This document shows, one piece after another, positions 57,862 to 64,000 of a stretch of 64,000 bases of DNA. The stretch is from Dehalococcoidales bacterium. Its GTDB lineage: Bacteria; Chloroflexota; Dehalococcoidia; Dehalococcoidales; Fen-1064. The DNA lies in NCBI GenBank assembly GCA_036396095.1, contig DASWLM010000027.1:3992-67991 (forward strand). Direction: 5' to 3'. The stretch's first letter is position 1. Each line of letters opens with the position of its first letter. Both the position numbers and the translations under genes were made by a program. A model generated the notes under the pieces. That model was not told the origin of the DNA. It was given only the letters and a program-made list of their open reading frames with translations, and did not search any database.

Positions 57862-59132
57862 TTTATTCCCAGCCTTTTCTTTTCTTCCGGTAGCCGGTCG
57901 ACTGCTTCCTCTTTGTAGAGAATGCCTTTCCGGTAAAGGTTGTCAATGTCCCTCTTTCTATATCCAAGAAGTCTGGTAAGTATGTCTGTGTTGTGCTCGC
58001 CGAGAAGCGGGGAGTATCCCATTACCCTGCCCGGCGTCTCTGACATTTTGAAAGGACTACCATAAATTTCAAAGTCACCGACGAAAGGCTGTTTTGTCAA
58101 TACGAGCATTTCCCGGTCTTTAATATAAGGGGCGTCACATATTTCTTCGAAGCCACGCACTTTCATCGCCGGGACACCGTTTTCCCTTAGCAGGTCTTCA
58201 ACCTGTTGTACGGAATCAAATTTCTGTACCCACTCCTCAAGAAGAGTATGGACAAAGGGAGCATTCTGATATGATATGCGCTTTGTCAGGGCATCCGTTC
58301 TGGGATGTGTCATTAGGTAGGCATAATCTTTGCCCATCGCCTTTACGAGTTTCTCCCAGAGTACATCACTGAGGGCGGCGATACCGATAAATCCATCTTT
58401 ACCTTTAATCAGTGCGTAGGGAGAATAGGCGGCTGCCCACCTGGTGTTCTTTGTTGGCGGAACAGTTCGATTGCTGAACAGAAAACCCGGCGGATTGTTT
58501 TCATGAGAGTGGAAGAGACAATCGGTCATAGAGATATCAATCCACTGCCCCTTACCAGTTTTCTCGCGATAATAGACGGCGGCAAGAATAGCGGCGGCGG
58601 CATGCATCCCGGCATTGGAATCACCAATAGCCAGCGGCGCAGGTGATGGGGGGTCACTCTGACCGCACCAGGCGCTCGCGACTTGAGCAATGAGGTCAAA
58701 TCCCGGCTCATTGGCATACGCGCCGGTATACCCGAAGCAAGAGATGGTGCAATAGATGACAGCTGGATTGATTCTCTTCACCTGTTTGTAGCTGAGTTTT
58801 AGACTCGCCATTGTGCCCGGTGCCATATTGGAGATTACAATATCCGATTGTTTTACCAACTCTCTGATTATTGCCAATCCATCCTTACTTTTCAGGTCGA
58901 TAGACAGGCTCTTTTTCCCGCGGTTTAGGAAAACGGAATAACTGCTCTGTTTGACCCCATTGCGCTCCAAAACGAGGGAGTAGCGTCGCTCCAGAGCTCC
59001 TGTTTCCTGTGGCTCTACCTTGATAACTTCTGCCCCAAGGTCAACCAATTGGCGCGTACAGAAGGGACCGGCATAGACCCAGGTGAAATCAAGCACTCTC
59101 AGCCCTTTCAGGGCGGATTTTTTCACAGTCAT
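57858..59132 (-). CDS. Class III CoA-transferase (CaiB/BaiF)
   Basis: LRVLDFT..AGP..LGAEVIKVE, NRGKKS, PLLGEH. Confidence 0.93.
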   Translation of the reverse strand: MTVKKSALKGLRVLDFTWVYAGPFCTRQLVDLGAEVIKVEPQETGALERRYSLVLERNGVKQSSYSVFLNRGKKSLSIDLKSKDGLAIIRELVKQSDIVISNMAPGTMASLKLSYKQVKRINPAVIYCTISCFGYTGAYANEPGFDLIAQVASAWCGQSDPPSPAPLAIGDSNAGMHAAAAILAAVYYREKTGKGQWIDISMTDCLFHSHENNPPGFLFSNRTVPPTKNTRWAAAYSPYALIKGKDGFIGIAALSDVLWEKLVKAMGKDYAYLMTHPRTDALTKRISYQNAPFVHTLLEEWVQKFDSVQQVEDLLRENGVPAMKVRGFEEICDAPYIKDREMLVLTKQPFVGDFEIYGSPFKMSETPGRVMGYSPLLGEHNTDILTRLLGYRKRDIDNLYRKGILYKEEAVDRLPEEKKRLGIK

Positions 59133-60403
59133 TATGATTTTCTCTTCTTTTTCGGCCGGCTTTTCAATTGTTTTTTCGGCGCGATGATACTCAGCGGTCC
59201 TTCCGTATCGCTTAGTAATTGCACCTGAGCTTGTGTGGCAACCGGCAGTCCCCAGATGTGAATAAAGCCTACGGACATACTCTGGTCGAACTTATCGCCC
59301 TTATCATAGGTCGCCAGGCTAAGATTGTAAAGCGACTTCGGTGCGGTGCGGCCGACGACCATGGCATGTGCCTTGAACAGCTTCACCCGTACAGTGCCGG
59401 TGACATAGCGCTGACTGCTCTGGATGTATGCGGATAAATCGCGGTTCTGAGCACTGAACCACAAGCCGTTATAAATAATATCGGCAATCTCGATAGCGAT
59501 TTTTTGTTTAAAGCGTAGCTGATCTTTAGATAGAGTCATAGCTTCTAGAGCCTGGTGTGCCTGTAGTAGTACAGTGGCGGCTGGCGCTTCGTAGACTTCA
59601 CGCGACTTGATACCGACGAGGCGGTTTTCAATATGGTCGATGCGCCCGATGCCGTGCTCACCAGCAATTTCGTTCAATCGCTGAATCAACGCCACTCCGT
59701 CCATCTCCTGTCCGTCAAGGCTGACCGGGATGCCTTTTTCAAAGCTAATCTCCAAATATATCGGTTTGTTGGGGGCTTTGTCCGGTGATTTTGTCCAGGC
59801 GAAGGCATCCTCCGGTGGTTCGACCCATGGGTCTTCCAATACGCCGGTCTCGATAGCTCTCCCCCAGAGGCACTCATCAATGGAATAGGGTTTCTTCAGG
59901 GTGATGGGGAGGGGTATCTTGTGTTTTTTAGCATATGCAATTGTTTCCGCGCGGGTCATACCCCATTCCCGTGCTGGTGCCAGAACCTTTAGTTGAGGCG
60001 CCAGAGCATGCACGCCGACATCGAACCGGACCTGGTCGTTGCCTTTGCCGGTGCAACCGTGTGCTATATAATCAGCGCCTTCCTCCAGCGCCGTATCCAC
60101 GAGCAGTTTTGCCATTAAAGGACGGGAAAGAGCGGTTGCGAGCGGGTATTGCCCTTCGTAGAGCGCATTTGCCTGAAGCGCAGGCCAGAGGAAGTATTTG
60201 ACGAACATCTCTTTAGCGTCGATGACAATAGCTTTGATTGCCCCGACCTTGAGTGCTCTATCACGCACAACTGTGAAGTCTTTCTCATTGCCGACATCTA
60301 TTGTCAGGGTGATAACATCGACATTATATTTTTCTTTAAGCCAGTGGACCGCCACGGAGGTGTCCAGACCACCGCTGTATGCCAGAACTACTTTCTTTCC
60401 CAT
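59132..60403 (-). CDS. argG: Argininosuccinate synthase
   Basis: LAYSGGLDTS, HGCTGKGNDQVRF, ENRLVGIKSRE. Confidence 0.97.
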   Translation of the reverse strand: MGKKVVLAYSGGLDTSVAVHWLKEKYNVDVITLTIDVGNEKDFTVVRDRALKVGAIKAIVIDAKEMFVKYFLWPALQANALYEGQYPLATALSRPLMAKLLVDTALEEGADYIAHGCTGKGNDQVRFDVGVHALAPQLKVLAPAREWGMTRAETIAYAKKHKIPLPITLKKPYSIDECLWGRAIETGVLEDPWVEPPEDAFAWTKSPDKAPNKPIYLEISFEKGIPVSLDGQEMDGVALIQRLNEIAGEHGIGRIDHIENRLVGIKSREVYEAPAATVLLQAHQALEAMTLSKDQLRFKQKIAIEIADIIYNGLWFSAQNRDLSAYIQSSQRYVTGTVRVKLFKAHAMVVGRTAPKSLYNLSLATYDKGDKFDQSMSVGFIHIWGLPVATQAQVQLLSDTEGPLSIIAPKKQLKSRPKKKRKS

Positions 60404-60418
60404 GGTAGAACTCCTTAC

Positions 60419-61609
60419 CTATCTTATCTTGATGGTGGCGAGGGCTTTATCCAGTCCCGACAGCCCTTCATCTATTTCTTTATTGGTGATGGTGAGCGCA
60501 GGCATAAGGCGGATAGCATTTGGTTTAACGCTGTTGACGAGCACTCCCGTTTGTAGGCATGCCGTTAATACCTCCTGCCCTATATCACGGTTAAACTCCA
60601 GTGCCGTTAAAAGCCCGCGACCGCGCGCATCTGTGATGAAGGGATACTTTGCCTTCAACTTCTTCAAACCGCTCAGCAGGTACTGGCCGGCTTTCTTTGC
60701 CATGCCGGGGACATCATTCTCGACAATGTACTTGAAGACGGCATACGCCACGGCATTTGTTAACGGATTACCTCCGAAAGTAGTACCATGGTCGCCGGGA
60801 GTGAATACCGAACAGCTCTCCTTCGCCAGGAATGAACCAATGGGGACACCACCCCCCAATCCTTTTGCCAGTGACATAATATCAGGTTCAATCCCGTACT
60901 GCTCGTAGGCAAAAAGCGTCCCGCAGCGTCCGATGCCCGTCTGAATTTCGTCCAGAATCAGTAGAATTCCCTTTTCATCACACCACTGTCTGACTGCTTT
61001 CAGATAGCCGTCGTCGGGGATATTTACTCCACCCTCTCCCTGTACTGGTTCCAGCATGATCGCACAAGTCTGACTGGTAGTGGCAGCTTTGATTGCCTCG
61101 ATGTTATTAAAGTCCACATTCTTAAAGCCGACCGGCAGAGGCTGGTAGGGTGTTTGGTATTTAGGTTGTCCGGTGGCGGCGGTCATTGCCAGACTACGTC
61201 CATGAAAAGAGTGGAATGCAGTGATGACCTCGTAAGCGCCGCTGAGCTTGAGTTTCCCGTAACGCCGTGCCAGTTTGACAGCACCCTCGTTGGCTTCCAG
61301 ACCGCTGTTACACATGAAAACCCTATCCAGACAGCTGTTCTTCACCAGTAATTCCGCCAGTCTGACCTGGGGAATAGTGTAGAAATAACCGGAAGTCTGA
61401 ATGAGCGTCTTTGCCTGCTCATTGAGGGCATTGACCACTACCGGATGGCAATGTCCCAGCGGACAGCTTGCCCACCCGCCGACAAAGTCCAGATATTCTT
61501 TGCCATTATCATCCCAGACTTTAACGCCAAGACCTCTGGCAATAGTAACCGGTACCCGGTTGATGTAGTGCATGAAAAGTGAGTTGTCCAATGCTTGCCA
61601 GTCTGTCAT
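60419..61609 (-). CDS. argD: Acetylornithine aminotransferase
   Basis: NSGLEANE, FHGR, EPVQGEGG, DEIQTG, AKGLGGG. Confidence 0.93.
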   Translation of the reverse strand: MTDWQALDNSLFMHYINRVPVTIARGLGVKVWDDNGKEYLDFVGGWASCPLGHCHPVVVNALNEQAKTLIQTSGYFYTIPQVRLAELLVKNSCLDRVFMCNSGLEANEGAVKLARRYGKLKLSGAYEVITAFHSFHGRSLAMTAATGQPKYQTPYQPLPVGFKNVDFNNIEAIKAATTSQTCAIMLEPVQGEGGVNIPDDGYLKAVRQWCDEKGILLILDEIQTGIGRCGTLFAYEQYGIEPDIMSLAKGLGGGVPIGSFLAKESCSVFTPGDHGTTFGGNPLTNAVAYAVFKYIVENDVPGMAKKAGQYLLSGLKKLKAKYPFITDARGRGLLTALEFNRDIGQEVLTACLQTGVLVNSVKPNAIRLMPALTITNKEIDEGLSGLDKALATIKIR

Positions 61610-61629
61610 GGTTGCTACCCTCAATAGTT

Positions 61630-62412
61630 CTACGCCCGGATAACTGTGCCGATATCGTCATTTTCGATGGCTTTGATAAGTGCGCCGGGTTGCCTGCCAT
61701 CGATGATGCAGGTCGTCGTGCCAGCCTCAAGTGCCTTGAGACAGCCGGTGATTTTAGGAATCATTCCACCGGATGCCACTCCGGAATCAAGTAGTTCCCT
61801 TGCCTGCGCCCTGTTCAGTTTGGGTATTAGCTTGCCGCCTTTATCCAGAATTCCCACCACATCCGTGAGGAAGATTAGTTTTTGGGCTTTCAGTGCGGCG
61901 GCGATTTCTCCTGCCAATGGGTCGCCGTTGATATTCAACATGGGAGGCGCATCGGCGGGACGGTCAAAGGCAAAGTAGCTGATGGGCGATATAACCGGAA
62001 TGAAACCAGCTTTTAGAAGTGTAGTCAGCACTGCCGGCTCTACTTTTTTAACAACACCCACGTACCCGAGTTCACCATTACTAATACTGCTCTGAATCAT
62101 GGCGCCATCGACACCGCTGATGCCGACAGCTTTTCCACCGAGCGTATTGATAGTGCCGACAATCTGCTTATTGACCAGCCCACCGAGTACGGCAGTGACC
62201 ATATCCAGCGTCGGTTTGTCCGTAACCCGTTCGCCGCGCACGAAAGTTGTTTTGATGCCCTGATTGGTTAGCCATTCCGTGACCAGGTTCCCGCCGCCGT
62301 GAATAACTACCAGCGATACCCCCCTTTTCTGAAGTGTGACAATATCTTCCAGAATGGGGTCGTGCTTACCGAATGTGGCGCCGCCTATTTTCACTACAAT
62401 TGGTTTGTTCAT
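61630..62412 (-). CDS. argB: Acetylglutamate kinase
   Basis: VVKIGG, HGGG, NINGD, GGMIPK. Confidence 0.95.
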   Translation of the reverse strand: MNKPIVVKIGGATFGKHDPILEDIVTLQKRGVSLVVIHGGGNLVTEWLTNQGIKTTFVRGERVTDKPTLDMVTAVLGGLVNKQIVGTINTLGGKAVGISGVDGAMIQSSISNGELGYVGVVKKVEPAVLTTLLKAGFIPVISPISYFAFDRPADAPPMLNINGDPLAGEIAAALKAQKLIFLTDVVGILDKGGKLIPKLNRAQARELLDSGVASGGMIPKITGCLKALEAGTTTCIIDGRQPGALIKAIENDDIGTVIRA

Positions 62413-62444
62413 GTCTATTAGCCCCAGAAATGTTCTCTTTATCA

Positions 62445-62537
62445 CTTCTCCCTCGAGGGGAGAAGGCAAGGATGAGGGTGAGATAAATCCTGCTATTTTC
62501 CCCTCACTCTAACTCTCTCCCGCAAGGGGCGAGAGGA
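62445..62537. repeat. Palindromic repeat between argJ and argB
   Basis: TTCTCCCTCGAGGGGAGAA..GAGGGTGA..CCCTCACTCTAACTCTCTCCCGCAAGGGGCGAGAGG. Confidence 0.7.
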
Positions 62538-62560
62538 TTTCTTTATTAAATCACATATTC

Positions 62561-63778
62561 CTACGTTGTGTATGCGCTATTAATCACTACGTACTGTTCT
62601 GTCAAATCACAGCCCCAGGCAGTCGCCGATGCGTCTCCTAGGTGCAAATCAACCACGATTGTCACCTCTTTCTGTCCAAGGGCGTTTACTGCGGTCTGTC
62701 GGTCAAATGGAATAGGTCTACCGCTCTTGAGTACCGGAATGCCTGCCATAACCACTTCGAGTTTCGGTTCGTTTATCTCGATTCCGCTCCTCCCCAGCGC
62801 CGCCGTTACCCGTCCCCAATTGGGGTCGCGACCGTAGACCGCCGCTTTTACAAGATTGGAACTGACGATGGTCCGCGCCGACTGCCGCGCTTCCATTAAG
62901 TTGATAGCCCCCTTTACGATTACTTCGATGAGCTTCGTAGCGCCTTCACCGTCGCGGGCAATAGCTTTTGCCAGATGGATGCAGACCTGATTGAGCGCCT
63001 CCTGGAAAGGTTGGGTGAGCGGGCTACCGCTGGTAACAGGTTTGTTTTCTGCCACACCATTGGCTAACAGGAGGACGGTATCGCTGGGACTTGTATCACC
63101 GTCCACCGAAATCATGTTAAAAGAGACGTCCACTGCTGAACGTAGAGCCGATTCGAGGAAATCAGGCGCAACGACGGCATCGGTAGTCAGGAAGACGAGC
63201 ATGGTCGCCAGGTTGGGATGAATCATGCCGGAGCCTTTGGCTACCCCGCCGATGGTGAAAGTGGCATCTTTCGTTTTAACCGCGACTGCGATTTCCTTAG
63301 GCGTTGTGTCGGTGGTCATAATGGCGCGGGTGAAGTCGTGTCCGCCATCCGGGGAAAGAACCACCTGACTCACGCCATCGCGGAGCGATTTCATGGGCAG
63401 GCGCACGCCGATGACACCGGTGCTGGCAACCAATACTTCTTCCGGTTCAATGCCGAGGGCTTTGGCAACTATCTCAGTGGTTTCAATAGCGTCGGCAAGT
63501 CCCTGTTCACCGGTGCTGGAATTAGCACAACCGCTATTGACAACGACGGCGGAGATTTTCCCCTTATTCTGAAGACATTGCTGGTCGATAATCACTGCCG
63601 CCGATTTTATTTTATTGGTCGTGAAGACACCCGCCGCCACACACGGCTCGCGTGAATACAGAATGCCCAGGTCGAGGACATTCTTACCCTTTTTCTTGAT
63701 ACCAGCATAAGTGGCGCCGGCAGAGAATCCCTGCGGTATGGTGACTGTACCACCACTGACTGTTTCAATCGTTACCAT
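62561..63778 (-). CDS. argJ: Ornithine acetyltransferase ArgJ
   Basis: STGVIG, IMTTDT, KGSGMIHPNLATML, DGEGATK, WGCDLT..YTT. Confidence 0.97.
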   Translation of the reverse strand: MVTIETVSGGTVTIPQGFSAGATYAGIKKKGKNVLDLGILYSREPCVAAGVFTTNKIKSAAVIIDQQCLQNKGKISAVVVNSGCANSSTGEQGLADAIETTEIVAKALGIEPEEVLVASTGVIGVRLPMKSLRDGVSQVVLSPDGGHDFTRAIMTTDTTPKEIAVAVKTKDATFTIGGVAKGSGMIHPNLATMLVFLTTDAVVAPDFLESALRSAVDVSFNMISVDGDTSPSDTVLLLANGVAENKPVTSGSPLTQPFQEALNQVCIHLAKAIARDGEGATKLIEVIVKGAINLMEARQSARTIVSSNLVKAAVYGRDPNWGRVTAALGRSGIEINEPKLEVVMAGIPVLKSGRPIPFDRQTAVNALGQKEVTIVVDLHLGDASATAWGCDLTEQYVVINSAYTT

Positions 63779-63852
63779 AATACACAATTATAGCAAATCC
63801 GCATATCGAAATACGAAATAGACATTCAACGCGGCTGGAAAAAGAGGAGGGA

Positions 63853-63870
63853 AGTGCATTAATTTGCACC
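63853..63870. promoter_or_regulatory. Putative ARG box
   Basis: AGTGCATTAATTTGCACC resembles TGMATwwwwATKCA; in the argJ/ribD divergent promoter region. Confidence 0.45.
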
Positions 63871-63902
63871 TTTTCAGAACGAGGTGCTAGAATGCAGTCA
63901 AG

Positions 63903-64000
63903 ATGGATTACATGGCGCAGGCGCTCTCGCTGGCAAAGCTGGCATTGGGGCACGTCAGTCCCAATCCTGCGGTGGGTGCGGTGATTGTTAAAAACAGGAA
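63903..64000 (+). CDS. ribD: Riboflavin biosynthesis RibD, N-terminus (truncated by window edge)
   Basis: MDYMAQALSLAKLALGHVSPNPAVGAVIVKN. Confidence 0.85.
   Translation, partial: MDYMAQALSLAKLALGHVSPNPAVGAVIVKNR

Noticed and set aside
1..64000. CRISPR array, rRNA, integrase/transposase, T-box leaders
   Set aside because: No regularly spaced repeats, rRNA-like tracts, recombinase motifs or T-box consensus found by eye.

Overview
This 64-kb window is bacterial chromosome that most resembles a Chloroflexota (Dehalococcoidia-like) anaerobe; that assignment is inferred from gene content and order. The core content includes nfi, frameshifted prfB, radC, serS with tRNA-Ser(UGA), a ychF-like GTPase, hypF-C-D-E-A-B, comF, hpf, coaE, tyrS, rplU-rpmA-rpmE, hisA/hisI, trpS, argS, recG, degV x2, DAK2, rpmB, rpe, argJBD-G-H and the start of ribD. 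Several acyl-CoA and flavin catabolic genes and small AT-rich islands are interspersed. Highlights: (1) a 356-bp GIY-YIG mini-element with imperfect terminal inverted repeats and an exact 18-bp target duplication in the 3' end of tRNA-Ser, nested in an older tRNA-Ser islet; (2) an unannotated NifU/Nfu selenoprotein (CxxU, in-frame UGA plus SECIS-like hairpin) just upstream of the hyp operon; (3) a TcmP-like methyltransferase plus radical-SAM cassette bounded by a 17-bp direct repeat next to radC; (4) three AT-rich islands that each end in an orphan tRNA 3'-end fragment; (5) probable ATC and ATT start codons in hisA and rplU; (6) an APH(3')-like gene between hisA and hisI. All family calls are from motif recognition; no database search was run.
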